A DNA stretch of 64,000 bases. Source: Candidatus Hydrogenedentota bacterium (GTDB lineage: Bacteria; Hydrogenedentota; Hydrogenedentia; Hydrogenedentales; SLHB01). The notes beneath the pieces are model-generated. The model was not told the origin of the DNA. It did not search any database and worked only from the letters and a program-made list of their open reading frames with translations. Both the position numbers and the translations under genes were made by a program. This document shows positions 1 to 10,277 of the stretch, piece by piece. The stretch lies in contig CAXXYE010000002.1 of assembly GCA_963674865.2 (NCBI GenBank), forward strand, positions 64,001 to 128,000, read 5' to 3'. Each line of letters starts with the position of its first letter. The first letter of the stretch is position 1.

Positions 1-1
1 C

Positions 2-1309
2 GTGTCGACGGACACGCGGACAATTCGTGCGGGCGATGTGTTTTTTGCGCTTCGGGGCGAGCATTTCGACGGCGAGCGGTTCGTGGGAGCCGCTTTTGAA
101 AAGGGCGCGGCGGCGGCGGTAGTCACGCAAGAGCACGCGGGGGGCGCGTGCCTGGCGGTGAAGAATCCGCTGGAAGCGTTGCAGCGCTTCGCGGCATATC
201 ATCGAGGACGCTATTCACTCCCGCTGGTTGTTGTGACGGGGTCCTGCGGCAAGACGTCCGCCAAGGATTTCATCGCGGCCGTAGTGGGCTCGCGCTGTCC
301 CGTGGTCAAGACGCAGGGCAACCTGAACAACGAGATCGGCGCCCCGCTGTCGTTGTTGCAGATTCGGCCGGAGACGGCGTTTGCGGTGATCGAGTTGGGG
401 GCCAATCATCCGGGGGAGATCGCGTACCTTTGCACGCTCGCGCGCCCCACGGAGGCGGCCATCACCATGATTGCGCCGGCGCATCTCGAGGGATTCGGCT
501 CCATCGAAGCGGTCGCTGCGGCGAAGGCGGAGGTGGTTGAGGCGCTGCCCGCGGCGGGAACGTTCTACGTGAACGCGGATGACGCGCGGTGCGTGGAGAT
601 TGCGGAGAGGTTTTCGGGGGAGAAGGTCACTTTTGGGCAGTCCGGCGATGTGCGGCTCAAGGATTGCTCGTTTGACGGGTCGGGTGAGATGGCACTTGAC
701 GTGGAGCCGGTCGGCACGCTGCGTTTGCCGTTGTTCTGTCGTGCGCACGCTGTCAATGTGCTCCTTGCGGTCGCGGTCGGCCTTCGGCACGGCGTCGAGG
801 AGTTCGAGGGTCCCCTACGGGAAGCCTCCACGGCGAGCGCGCGGTTCAGGTTGTTCACCGCAGGCGGGATTGAGGTCATCGACGATACGTACAACGCCAA
901 TCCCGCGAGCATGGCCGCGGCCCTGCGGGCTCTAGTTGAACGCCCGGGGAATGGCGCCCGGATCGCCGCCGTGGGCGAGATGTTGGAACTCGGCGACGCG
1001 GCCGCGGATCTACACCGTGAGGTGGGGGCGCTGGCCGGCGAGTTGGGCGTGGATGTCCTGTTTGCGAGGGGGCCTCACGCGTGTGATACGATTGACGCCG
1101 CTCGATCCTGCCGCGTGCCCCACGCCGAAGTGATTGAAGACCACCATGCCATGGCCGAGGCCGTCCATCATATTGCGCGTCCCGGAGATACGTTGCTTGT
1201 GAAGGGGTCGCGCGGGATGCGGATGGAGCGGGTCATCGAAGCGCTCCAAGAGATTATCGGTTCGCAGAAGGCGGATGCAGGTTCCGATGAACCTGGCCGC
1301 CAGGAATAG
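2..1309 (+). CDS. murF: UDP-N-acetylmuramoyl-tripeptide--D-alanyl-D-alanine ligase (5' end probably outside window)
   Basis: STDTR...FFALRGEHFDG, P-loop VTGSCGKTS, GNLNNEIG, IDDTYNANP, LVKGSRGM; directly upstream of mraY. Confidence 0.96.
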   Translation: MSTDTRTIRAGDVFFALRGEHFDGERFVGAAFEKGAAAAVVTQEHAGGACLAVKNPLEALQRFAAYHRGRYSLPLVVVTGSCGKTSAKDFIAAVVGSRCPVVKTQGNLNNEIGAPLSLLQIRPETAFAVIELGANHPGEIAYLCTLARPTEAAITMIAPAHLEGFGSIEAVAAAKAEVVEALPAAGTFYVNADDARCVEIAERFSGEKVTFGQSGDVRLKDCSFDGSGEMALDVEPVGTLRLPLFCRAHAVNVLLAVAVGLRHGVEEFEGPLREASTASARFRLFTAGGIEVIDDTYNANPASMAAALRALVERPGNGARIAAVGEMLELGDAAADLHREVGALAGELGVDVLFARGPHACDTIDAARSCRVPHAEVIEDHHAMAEAVHHIARPGDTLLVKGSRGMRMERVIEALQEIIGSQKADAGSDEPGRQE

Positions 1310-1312
1310 TGA

Positions 1313-2764
1313 ATGTTTTACTATCTTGCCCAGATTCTCAGGCCTCATTTGGGGGCATTCAACGTTTTCACCTACAACACGGTGCGTGCAGGGGGGGCGA
1401 TATTCACGGCGTTCGCGCTTTCGATCCTGTTCGGGCCGATGATCATCCGTTGGCTTCGAGCGCTCAAGATCGGCCAGTACATTCGCAAGGAGCACGTGGG
1501 CGACTTGCACGCGCTGCACAAGGGCAAGGCAGGGACGCCGACGATGGGGGGCAGCATGATTGTGCTCACCTGTCTCGCGACGCTGTTGTTGTGGAGTCGC
1601 CCCACGCGTCTGTTGGTTGTGGCCGTTGCCGTGTTTGTGGCGTTGGGCGCCGTGGGTTTCTTGGATGACTACATCAAGCTCCGGCGCAAGCACAATCACG
1701 GTTTAAGCGCCCAAGCGAAGTTTACCGGCCAGATCCTCGTGGGGCTGGCGCTCGGCGTCTATCTGTACTTGAGTCCCGTGACGCTGGCGCGTCCGGAGTT
1801 GACGTACGACGACGTACGCGATTGGGGATGTCTTGTTCAGCGTCTCGATGATGAGGCCCTTCGGCGGCCTTTGGGGGCGGCCTGGCCTGGTCTCAGTGAT
1901 GTGCCGCGCGGGGCCGTTCCGAATGAGAGGATGAAGACGCGGATCCTCAACGGGCTGAACCGACTGATCTCCGAAGGGCGGGTGCACGCTTCTGAAGGTG
2001 ATACGAGTCACGCCGGGCTCAGTCCGGAAGCACGTCGATTGCTTGAGGCCGGGGCCTACGCGCGAGGTGGGCCGGCCGCCGCAGAGCTCAACCGACTTCT
2101 ACTGGCGGATATGTTTCCCGATGCTTTCCACCGGCCCACGGAAGGGCTCCACACCAAGCTGGAGATTCCGGGCCTTAAGCAAGTCTTCATCCCTCTGGGG
2201 CTGTTCTACATCCTTTTCGTGGTGCTTGTCATCGTGGCGTCATCGAACGCGGTGAATCTCACCGACGGGCTCGACGGCCTGGCTATCGGGGCGTCCACCA
2301 TATCGATCTTTGCGTATACGGGCATTGCCTACGTCGTGAGCCGGGCGGACTGGTCCTCGTATCTTTTCCTGATATACGTTCCGGAGGCCAGCGAGCTTAC
2401 CGTATTCGGCGCAGCTATGCTGGGCGGGGGACTTGGATTTCTTTGGTTCAATTCACACCCCGCTGAGGTGTTTATGGGCGACACCGGTTCGCTCGCGCTC
2501 GGCGGCGCGCTCGGCACGATGGCCATTCTCACGAAGCAGGAGCTGCTGCTGCTGCTTGTGGGTGGGTTATTCGTCGTGGAGGCGGCGAGCGTGATCATTC
2601 AGGTGGTCTCCTTCAAGCTGCGCGGCAAGCGGGTTTTTAAGATGGCTCCGATTCACCATCATTTCGAACTCATGGGATGGTCGGAATCGAAAGTCGTTAT
2701 CCGCTTCTGGATCATCGCGGTGCTCTTTGCGCTGTTGAGTCTTGCGGCGCTGAAGTTGAGGTAA
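1313..2764 (+). CDS. mraY: phospho-N-acetylmuramoyl-pentapeptide transferase with ~120-aa internal insertion
   Basis: [47 protein letters not shown] motifs; 483 aa versus ~360 aa typical. Confidence 0.97.
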   Translation: MFYYLAQILRPHLGAFNVFTYNTVRAGGAIFTAFALSILFGPMIIRWLRALKIGQYIRKEHVGDLHALHKGKAGTPTMGGSMIVLTCLATLLLWSRPTRLLVVAVAVFVALGAVGFLDDYIKLRRKHNHGLSAQAKFTGQILVGLALGVYLYLSPVTLARPELTYDDVRDWGCLVQRLDDEALRRPLGAAWPGLSDVPRGAVPNERMKTRILNGLNRLISEGRVHASEGDTSHAGLSPEARRLLEAGAYARGGPAAAELNRLLLADMFPDAFHRPTEGLHTKLEIPGLKQVFIPLGLFYILFVVLVIVASSNAVNLTDGLDGLAIGASTISIFAYTGIAYVVSRADWSSYLFLIYVPEASELTVFGAAMLGGGLGFLWFNSHPAEVFMGDTGSLALGGALGTMAILTKQELLLLLVGGLFVVEAASVIIQVVSFKLRGKRVFKMAPIHHHFELMGWSESKVVIRFWIIAVLFALLSLAALKLR

Positions 2765-2765
2765 G

Positions 2766-4142
2766 GTGATGGACGTCCGCGGCAAGAATGTCACCGTAGT
2801 CGGCCTGGGCAGGACAGCCGTCGCGCTTGCGGCGCTGCTCCAGCGCCAGGGGGCTCGGCCGTTTGTCACGGATCACGCGGACACGGCGGCGATGGGGGAT
2901 TACCGGAAATCGCTCGATGAACTGGGCGTGCCGTGTGAATGCGGCGGGCATAGCGCGCGGGCCTTTGACGAAGCGGACATGATCATCCCGAGTCCGGGAG
3001 TGCCGCCGAATATCGCTCCCATTCGCGGGGCGCGGGAGGCGGGTGTTCGCGTGCTGGGCGAGATGGAGTTCGCCTGGAGATACTGCCGTTCGCGGGTGCT
3101 CGCGGTGACGGGCACGAATGGCAAGACGACCACGACGGAACTGCTGACGAAGATGATTGAGCACACTGGGGGAGAGGTCGTACTGGCCGGGAATAACGCG
3201 TTTCCCTTTTCCGCCGCAGTGCTTTTGGAGCCGGCGCCGGAGTTCGTCGTACTCGAAGTGAGCAGCTACCAATTGGAATTGGCCGATACGTTTCGTCCGT
3301 GGATGGCCGTGGTTCTGAACGTGACGCCCGACCACCTGGAACGCCACGGCGGGGCTGAGAACTACGCTGCCGTGAAGGCCCGGATCTACGCGCGGCAGGG
3401 CGCGGGCGACGTGGCCGTCGTGAACCAGGACGAGCCCTGGACGCGCGCCATGCCCATCCCCGAGGGGGCCGCCGTCTGGACCTTCAGCTTGGAGCAAGCT
3501 CAGTCCAACGGGCTGTGGCTTGACGGCGAGGCGATCCGGCAGGGCGAGGAGACTGTGGCGGCGCTGTCCGACATGGCGCTTCGCGGGCGACACAACATTC
3601 AGAATGTGCTGGCAGGACTCACCATGATGCGGGCGGGTGGTTTTGACTGGGGCAAGACTTTGGCGGGACTCAGCGCGTTCCGAGGCGTCGAGCACCGGAT
3701 AGAGCACGTGGCAACCATTGCGGAGGTGGCGTTCTACAACGATTCGAAGGCCACCAATATCGACAGCCTGAAAGTGGCCTTGGAGAGTTTCGCGTGCCCG
3801 GTTGTCCTCATCGCGGGCGGCCGGGGCAAAGGAGCTGATTACCGCGTGCTGCGCGACCTCGTCAAGGAGCGTGTGAGGTCGCTTGTGGTGATGGGAGAGG
3901 ACGCCGATCTCTTGCAGGCGGCGTTTGGCGATTTGGCGCCCACCAGTGATGCGGCCGATATGGATGAGGCTGTGGCGCTTGCCGCATCCGGCGCCCTCCC
4001 GGGAGACGCCGTGCTGCTATCACCTGCGTGCGCGAGTTTCGATATGTACAAGAACTTCGAGGATCGGGGCAGGGCTTTCAAAGAGGCCGTGCGGGCCTAC
4101 GGGGCGCGCGCTGAGGCGGGCCGCAGCCATTCGAGGACGTGA
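2766..4142 (+). CDS. murD: UDP-N-acetylmuramoyl-L-alanine--D-glutamate ligase
   Basis: SPGVP, AVTGTNGKTTT, EVSSYQL, DHLERH, NDSKATN, LSPACASFD; start GTG 2766 or ATG 2769. Confidence 0.96.
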   Translation: MMDVRGKNVTVVGLGRTAVALAALLQRQGARPFVTDHADTAAMGDYRKSLDELGVPCECGGHSARAFDEADMIIPSPGVPPNIAPIRGAREAGVRVLGEMEFAWRYCRSRVLAVTGTNGKTTTTELLTKMIEHTGGEVVLAGNNAFPFSAAVLLEPAPEFVVLEVSSYQLELADTFRPWMAVVLNVTPDHLERHGGAENYAAVKARIYARQGAGDVAVVNQDEPWTRAMPIPEGAAVWTFSLEQAQSNGLWLDGEAIRQGEETVAALSDMALRGRHNIQNVLAGLTMMRAGGFDWGKTLAGLSAFRGVEHRIEHVATIAEVAFYNDSKATNIDSLKVALESFACPVVLIAGGRGKGADYRVLRDLVKERVRSLVVMGEDADLLQAAFGDLAPTSDAADMDEAVALAASGALPGDAVLLSPACASFDMYKNFEDRGRAFKEAVRAYGARAEAGRSHSRT

Positions 4143-4145
4143 GCT

Positions 4146-5258
4146 ATGAAGCGTGAGACAAACCTGGTACCTATCACCGTTTTCGCGATGCTTTCGATTG
4201 GCGTGCTTATGGTTTACAGCGCCAGCGCGGTTCGCCCGGGGGCCTCGCCCGAATTTCAGAAGCACATGATTTACATTGCGCTTGGCCTCGCGGTGATGGC
4301 CGTGGCGTCGCGGTTCGACTACCACCGTCTGCGTGATCCGGGCGTGTACCGCGGGATCGTATTCCTGTCTCTTTGCCTGCTCGTGCTTGTTCTTGTTCCC
4401 GGGATCGGGCGGCGTGTCAACGGCGGCATGCGCTGGATCCGGATCGCGGGTTTCTCATTCCAGCCGTCCGAGTTCGCCAAGGTGGCGCTTATTCTGCTGT
4501 TAGCCGTGAAGCTCTCGGCGGGCCAGGAGCGAATCACGAGTTTCTGGCGCGGCGTTTTTCCCACGATGCTAATCGCGTTCCTTTTTGCGGGGCTGATTGT
4601 GTTGGAGCGCGACCTGGGCATGCCGGTAGTCCTGATCGGCGTCACGCTCATGATGCTGCTCATGAGTGGGGCACGATGGGGCCACGTGGTCGGCAGCGTA
4701 GTGCCGTGCGTGGCCGCAGTGGCGGCCCTTACGGTGATCAGTCCGTATCGCGTTCGGCGATGCCTTGTCTTCCTTAATCCGTGGCCTTACGAGGACGGCG
4801 ATGCTTGGAATTTGGTTCAATCGCTCGCCGCCTTTGCCCGAGGCGCCATCTGGGGGCAAGGCCCTGGCGCGAGTGAGCAGAAGTTGTTCTATCTTCCCGC
4901 CGCCGATACGGACTTCATCTTTGCCATTTGGGGCGAGGATACGGGATTGGTCGGTACACTGGTGATGGTGGGCCTGTTTGTCACCTTCCTGGCCGTGGCG
5001 CTTCGGATTGCGCTTCATGCGCCGGACTTGTTCGGCACGTTGCTCGCCGGGGGAATTGCCTCGGTTATCGCGCTTCAGGCGGCCTTGAATATGGCGGTGA
5101 CGACGGGGCTGGTGCCGACGAAAGGCCTGCCGCTTCCTTTCGTGAGCTACGGCGGAAGCTCGCTTCTTATATCGTTGGCGTTGGTGGGCGTGCTACGCAA
5201 TATCGGGCTTCAGTCGTGCGAGGCGGTTCCGGAAGGGAAAGTGGCTTTGGTGCGGTGA
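4146..5258 (+). CDS. ftsW: SEDS-family peptidoglycan polymerase FtsW
   Basis: FQPSEFAK, YLPAADTDFIF, PTKGLPLPFVSYGGSS; located between murD and murG. Confidence 0.94.
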   Translation: MKRETNLVPITVFAMLSIGVLMVYSASAVRPGASPEFQKHMIYIALGLAVMAVASRFDYHRLRDPGVYRGIVFLSLCLLVLVLVPGIGRRVNGGMRWIRIAGFSFQPSEFAKVALILLLAVKLSAGQERITSFWRGVFPTMLIAFLFAGLIVLERDLGMPVVLIGVTLMMLLMSGARWGHVVGSVVPCVAAVAALTVISPYRVRRCLVFLNPWPYEDGDAWNLVQSLAAFARGAIWGQGPGASEQKLFYLPAADTDFIFAIWGEDTGLVGTLVMVGLFVTFLAVALRIALHAPDLFGTLLAGGIASVIALQAALNMAVTTGLVPTKGLPLPFVSYGGSSLLISLALVGVLRNIGLQSCEAVPEGKVALVR

Positions 5259-5367
5259 AAGCGTGTTTCCGGTTTTTCGAGTGTAGCTCTCGTTATCTTA
5301 CCTGCCCTTTCTCACTTGCGTGTAGTATCATCAGGGCGGACTCGCTGTTTTTCGGAGTGGGTGTGAC

Positions 5368-6456
5368 ATGCGGATGATTGTGACAGGTGGCGGCACGGGG
5401 GGGCATACGTCCCCGGCCGTGGCTATCATCGAGGAGCTTCAGAAGCGCGATGCCCGCCTCGACCTTCGCTGGGTCGGGCGGAAGGGGAGCATCGAGGAGC
5501 GCGTAAGCGCGTCCCTGGCTATTCCTTTCCGCTCCTTGCCGGTGGAGGGGTGGCCGCGCGAGCGCAACCTGCGTAAGTTGTGGGTGGGAGCGAAGATGGC
5601 ATACAGCATCGCCTTCGGCTCCCTGCTCGTCTGGAAGTTCCGGCCCCAGCTTGTCCTTGGCGTGGGTGGGTACGTGTCGGTTCCGTTGACATGGGCGGCG
5701 CAGCGGATGGGCGTTCCGACGGTGCTGCATGAGCAGAACAAGCGGCTCGGAATGGCAAACCGCTTGCTGGCCCAGCGGGCGAGTAGGTTGCTGTTGAGCT
5801 ATCCGGACACCCTCGGGGATTATCCCGCGGAGAAGGCGCGCGTTGTGGGCAATCCCGTTCGCGCGGGTTTTCTGAAGCTGCCAGATCAGGCCGACGCAAA
5901 GCGGGCCTTTGATCTGGACCCCGAGCTGCCGGTAGTGCTGATGACGGGGGGAAGTCAAGGGGCGCGCACGCTCAACACGGCCATGGCGGAGGCCCTGCCC
6001 AAGTTTGCTGCGCAAGAGGTCCAAGTTCTCTGGGCGGCGGGGAATGCGGGGGTGACGGCCGCCCGGAGCGCCGCTGAGTCGGCGCCGGTGGCGGTGCGTG
6101 TTTTCAGCTACATCGACGAGATGCCCGCGGCCTGCGCGGCGGCGGATCTGGTGGTGGGCCGGGCGGGGGCCTCGAGTACGGCGGAACTCGCCGTGGCGCG
6201 GAAGCCGGCTATTCTTGTGCCGTATCCTTTCGCTACGGATAATCACCAGCTCGATAACGCGCGTGCCTTTGAGGAAGCGGGTGCGGCTATCCTTGTGCCG
6301 GATGACGAGTGCACGGGGGAGCGGCTGCTGCAAACGATCCGCGGCCTCATAAACGAGCCGGCCCGGTTAGATGCAATGCGCCGCGCGGCCCCGTCAATGG
6401 GCCATCCCGGCAGCGTGGAGCTCATTGCCGAAGAGATTCTATCTCTGGTTTTCTAG
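5368..6456 (+). CDS. murG: undecaprenyl-PP-MurNAc-pentapeptide GlcNAc transferase
   Basis: GGGTGGH, GGYVS, HEQN, GNPVR, GGSQGA, GRAGAS motifs. Confidence 0.96.
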   Translation: MRMIVTGGGTGGHTSPAVAIIEELQKRDARLDLRWVGRKGSIEERVSASLAIPFRSLPVEGWPRERNLRKLWVGAKMAYSIAFGSLLVWKFRPQLVLGVGGYVSVPLTWAAQRMGVPTVLHEQNKRLGMANRLLAQRASRLLLSYPDTLGDYPAEKARVVGNPVRAGFLKLPDQADAKRAFDLDPELPVVLMTGGSQGARTLNTAMAEALPKFAAQEVQVLWAAGNAGVTAARSAAESAPVAVRVFSYIDEMPAACAAADLVVGRAGASSTAELAVARKPAILVPYPFATDNHQLDNARAFEEAGAAILVPDDECTGERLLQTIRGLINEPARLDAMRRAAPSMGHPGSVELIAEEILSLVF

Positions 6457-6653
6457 GATCTGTCTAAGAGGCCTGATGTTTCCTGGTTTTTTTGCGCCCC
6501 GCCTTTCCGCCCTCAACGCACTTTCGGACGCCACACTCCCGCCATTTGTAACGTCTGTGCTTTGAGCGCCTTACCGATAGTCTGCGCTTGTGTAGACACG
6601 CTTGGGGAGCATCGCGGGACGGGGGACTTCCACTCTTTGGCCCGTGGCCGCAC

Positions 6654-6704
6654 TTGACAAATCAAAACGTGTATTTTAAAATACTTTTTGAAACTAGTTT
6701 TTGA
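6654..6704 (+). promoter_or_regulatory. sigma70-type promoter with overlapping palindromic operator(s) for the TetR-RND operon
   Basis: TTGACA (6654-6659), 17 bp, TAAAAT (6677-6682); perfect palindromes GTATTTTAAAATAC (6671-6684) and AAACTAGTTT (6691-6700) in an AT-rich patch. Confidence 0.75.
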
Positions 6705-6776
6705 CAGGACGGCGCTGGATGATGTATTTGCCCAATTGGTAAGGCGAGATGCGTTGGGCTAGGTGAGGAAGCGAGG

Positions 6777-7457
6777 ATGAAGGACACACGACAGACGCTA
6801 CTTGAGAGCGCGTGCAGGATATTCGCTCAGAAGGGGTTTCACGAGGCGAACGTCGCGGAGATCTGCAAGCGTGCGAAGGCCAACATCGCGGCGATCAACT
6901 ACCACTTCGGCGGGAAGAAGCTCCTATATATGGAGGTCCTGCACCACGCGGCAGAGGTCGCCGATCGTGAATTCCCTCTCATTTGCAGGGATTTGGGAAT
7001 TGCTCCCGAGGAGCGTCTGCACCGGTTCATCCGGGCGCAGTTTGATCGCGGATCCTGCAAGGGATTGGCAGGGTGCTTCGACCGGCTGGTGGTGCACGAG
7101 ATGATCAATCCGAGTTTCGCGCATGGCGCCCTTTTCAACAAGCAGATGCGGCCTCGGCGTGAGTACCTGTTCGCGCTGGTGCGGGAGCTGTTGCCGTCCG
7201 GTGCGAGCGAACACCACGTGCGGATATGTACGCATCACGTGGTGGGCCTCTTTGCGTTTCACCATTTTCACGAGGCGCTTCGTGTGCGACACAGGCGGAT
7301 GAAGCTTCCGCCTAAGCCGCCTAAGCCACCAGCGCCTTCGGAAATGGCGCGGCACGCGACGGTCTTTGCCCTTGGCGGCATTCAGGCCATTTCCCAGCAG
7401 GTGCTGAATGAAGACAGCGCCTCGGAGGGCGATGTGCGGGAAGAAGGAACGTCGTAA
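6777..7457 (+). CDS. TetR/AcrR (CerR-like) transcriptional regulator
   Basis: N-terminal HTH FAQKGFHEANVAEICKRAKANIAAINYHFGGK; heads an efflux operon. Confidence 0.9.
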   Translation: MKDTRQTLLESACRIFAQKGFHEANVAEICKRAKANIAAINYHFGGKKLLYMEVLHHAAEVADREFPLICRDLGIAPEERLHRFIRAQFDRGSCKGLAGCFDRLVVHEMINPSFAHGALFNKQMRPRREYLFALVRELLPSGASEHHVRICTHHVVGLFAFHHFHEALRVRHRRMKLPPKPPKPPAPSEMARHATVFALGGIQAISQQVLNEDSASEGDVREEGTS

Positions 7458-9028
7458 TGAAGATTGCTTCCATGAATCTCACGGGCGTGGCCTTGGCGGG
7501 GCTGGCCTGTTTGTTGACATCTTGCGCCACGTTTGCGCCTCCCGAGCGCGGTGCGGAGGACGGCCGGCCGCCGGATGCGTTTACCTTGTATGAGAGCACC
7601 GCGCCTTCACCGGAGCGCTGGTGGGAGAGCTTCGATTGTGAGGAACTGAACCGGTTTGTGGAGGCGGGCCTGGATGGGAACCTCTCGCTCCAGCAGGTGT
7701 ATGCGCGCTTGAGGCAGGCGGAGATGGTGGCTCGCCAGACGGGCGCACTCCGTTGGCCGGAGGCAGACTACTCCGGGGGGGCCTCGACCACTCGTTCCCG
7801 AACAGATACGGGGGGCTTGAGCACGGCGGCGAAACTGAATGCAGCCAGCACGAGAGTGCAGCAGGCGGAGCAATTGATGCAAGGCGTGGCGGCCCTGCCG
7901 TCGGCGCCGCTGGCAGGCCTTACGCAAGCCGGGGGCGCCCTGGATGGATTGGCCACTGACACCACGTCGGCAACGGACACTTCGACTACTGAATCGTACA
8001 ATCTCGGGCTCACCGGGAGTTGGGAAATCGACCTTTGGGGACGTGTCCGCGCGGAACGCCAAGCGGCGATGCTTGACGTCGAGACGTCCAAGGAAGACCT
8101 CTACGCGGCTATGTTGAGTCTCTCGGGCACGGTTGTGCTTCAGTGGCTCGATGTTGTGGCCGCACGGCAGGCATTGGCGCTCATCGAAGAGCAGCGAGCC
8201 CTCAACGACACCTATCTCGAACTCATCGAGCTGCGTTATCGGAAAGGAATGGCCACGGCGCTCGATGTGTACCAGCAGCGTCAGATTGTCGCGCAGACGG
8301 AAGCGCTTGTCCCGTCCACCGAGGCTTCGCTCGAAACGGCGCGCCACGAACTTGCGGTGCTCCTCGGCCAGGCGCCCCGGGCGGGCTTGGGTGTCGAGGC
8401 TGCCTCATTGCCAGCCATAGGGTCCCTCCCTGAGCCGGGCGTGCCGGCCGATTTACTGGCGCGCCGGCCGGATGTCCGTTCGGCGGGACTCCAGTTGCGT
8501 GCGGCGGATTGGCTGGTAAGTGCGGCGCGAGCGGATCGGTTGCCTTCGGTGACGTTGACGGCCTCGGCCAGTTACGAGTCGGGCGAATGGGAGCTGCTTT
8601 TCGACAATTGGATGGCCACGCTGGCGGGGAGTCTGACGGGCCCGATCTTCGATGCGGGCAAACGTAAGGCGGAGGTGGCCCGCACGCGCGCGGTCGTCGA
8701 TGAGTATCTGGCCGCGTACCGCGAGAGTGTGCTTGGGGCGGTGCAGGAAGTGGAAGACGCGATGTTCCAGGAGGTCAAGCAGGGGGAATACATCGCGGCG
8801 CTGAAGCGCCAGCTTGAAGCGGTTCGCAAGACTCACGAGCAGGCTCTCCAGCGGTATCAGAAGGGTATGGATGATTACCTGCCCGTGCTTCAGGCTTTGT
8901 CGGATCTGCAGGTTCTGGAACGCACCTTGGTTCAGGCTCAATTGGATCATCTCATTTACCGGGTGCAGTTGTGCCTTGCTCTCGGTGGCACATGGATGAA
9001 AGAAGAGCTTCTGGCTCCGGAGGAATAG
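7457..9028 (+). CDS. outer membrane efflux lipoprotein (NodT/OprM/TolC family)
   Basis: lipobox-like LLTSC, SWEIDLWG, LLARRPDV, IFDAG. Confidence 0.92.
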   Translation: MKIASMNLTGVALAGLACLLTSCATFAPPERGAEDGRPPDAFTLYESTAPSPERWWESFDCEELNRFVEAGLDGNLSLQQVYARLRQAEMVARQTGALRWPEADYSGGASTTRSRTDTGGLSTAAKLNAASTRVQQAEQLMQGVAALPSAPLAGLTQAGGALDGLATDTTSATDTSTTESYNLGLTGSWEIDLWGRVRAERQAAMLDVETSKEDLYAAMLSLSGTVVLQWLDVVAARQALALIEEQRALNDTYLELIELRYRKGMATALDVYQQRQIVAQTEALVPSTEASLETARHELAVLLGQAPRAGLGVEAASLPAIGSLPEPGVPADLLARRPDVRSAGLQLRAADWLVSAARADRLPSVTLTASASYESGEWELLFDNWMATLAGSLTGPIFDAGKRKAEVARTRAVVDEYLAAYRESVLGAVQEVEDAMFQEVKQGEYIAALKRQLEAVRKTHEQALQRYQKGMDDYLPVLQALSDLQVLERTLVQAQLDHLIYRVQLCLALGGTWMKEELLAPEE

Positions 9029-9032
9029 ACGG

Positions 9033-10277
9033 ATGGCATCACAGAACAAAGGTCTCGTGGGCGTATTGCGTGGCATGATCCTGACGATCGTGGCGTTGGC
9101 GTTGCTTCTCGTGGGCGTAGCCGGTTCCCTGTACTTGATGAAGACGGGCCCCAAGGCCCAGCGCAGGCGTCCAGAGGATACCACTACGCTTGTCGAGGCG
9201 AAGCTGCTCCAGGCGGAATCGCGCCAGGTTGCGGTGTCGGCGCGGGGCACGGTGATTGCGGCAAACGAGGTCACGCTCCAACCGCAGGTAAGCGGGGAGG
9301 TCACCGAGATTCATCCGAACTTCCTCGAAGGGGGCGTGGTGAAGGCGGGCGAGGTGCTCGTGCGCATCGAGCCGAGAGACTATGAGTTGGCCGTCGTGGT
9401 CCAGGAGGAGCAGCTGGAAACAGCGCGCTATGAGTACAAGGCCGAGCAGGGCCAGCAGGATGTTGCGCGGCGCGAGTGGGAACTCCTCGCGGTGAAAGAT
9501 GCCTCGGAACTGGATCGGGAACTGGCCCTTCGTCAGCCCCAGTTGCGCCAGAAAAAGGCCGGCTTACGCGCCGCGGAGGCGTCACTCGAACAGGCCCGTC
9601 TGGACCTCGAGCGTACGGCGATCAAGGCGCCGTGCAACGGCATCATCCTGGAGGCCTCCGTGGACGTAGGCGATATGGCCACCACACAAACGACCCTGGG
9701 CACCCTCGTAGGTACGGACACGTATTGGGTGCAGGCCTCGGTTCCGGTGGACAAGCTCAAGTGGATTGTACTCCCGCACGGTAGTGGCGGTGCCGGCTCC
9801 CAAGCGCGCGTGTATGCCGGAACGGGAGGGGTGCGGGAAGGCCGGGTGCTTTCGTTGCTAGGCGACCTCGAGCCGGAGGGGCGGATGGCCAGGATCCTGG
9901 TCGAAGTGTCGGATCCGCTCGCGTTGGGCGGAGGGGGCGTCTCGAATGTCCTGCTCCTGGGTGAATACGTGCGTGTTGAGATAGAGGGCCGGCGTGTCGA
10001 CGGCGTGTTTGCTGTTGCGAGAGACGCGCTTCGGGATGGGCACAAAGTGTGGCTGGCTGGCCCGGATAGCACGCTCCAGATCCGCGATGCGGAGATTGTT
10101 TGGGCGGATGAAGCGACGGCTTTATTGCGCGGCCTTTCGGATGGCGAGCGTATGATTGTGTCGGATATCGCCGCTCCGGTTGAAGGTATGGCCCTTGACG
10201 TGCGAGAGGGGGCCGCCGAAGGCGTTGAGGAGGTCTCGCAGGACGTCGGCGCTGCCGCCGCGGAGGAGGCCGCATAA
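9033..10277 (+). CDS. RND efflux periplasmic adaptor (membrane fusion protein)
   Basis: N-terminal TM, PQVSGEV, lipoyl-hairpin and IKAPCNG pattern; lies between OMF and RND permease. Confidence 0.92.
   Translation: MASQNKGLVGVLRGMILTIVALALLLVGVAGSLYLMKTGPKAQRRRPEDTTTLVEAKLLQAESRQVAVSARGTVIAANEVTLQPQVSGEVTEIHPNFLEGGVVKAGEVLVRIEPRDYELAVVVQEEQLETARYEYKAEQGQQDVARREWELLAVKDASELDRELALRQPQLRQKKAGLRAAEASLEQARLDLERTAIKAPCNGIILEASVDVGDMATTQTTLGTLVGTDTYWVQASVPVDKLKWIVLPHGSGGAGSQARVYAGTGGVREGRVLSLLGDLEPEGRMARILVEVSDPLALGGGGVSNVLLLGEYVRVEIEGRRVDGVFAVARDALRDGHKVWLAGPDSTLQIRDAEIVWADEATALLRGLSDGERMIVSDIAAPVEGMALDVREGAAEGVEEVSQDVGAAAAEEAA

Noticed and set aside
1780..2150. MraY insertion as an intein or mobile intron
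   Set aside because: No C-terminal HN-C/S/T junction, no homing endonuclease motif and no break in the reading frame.
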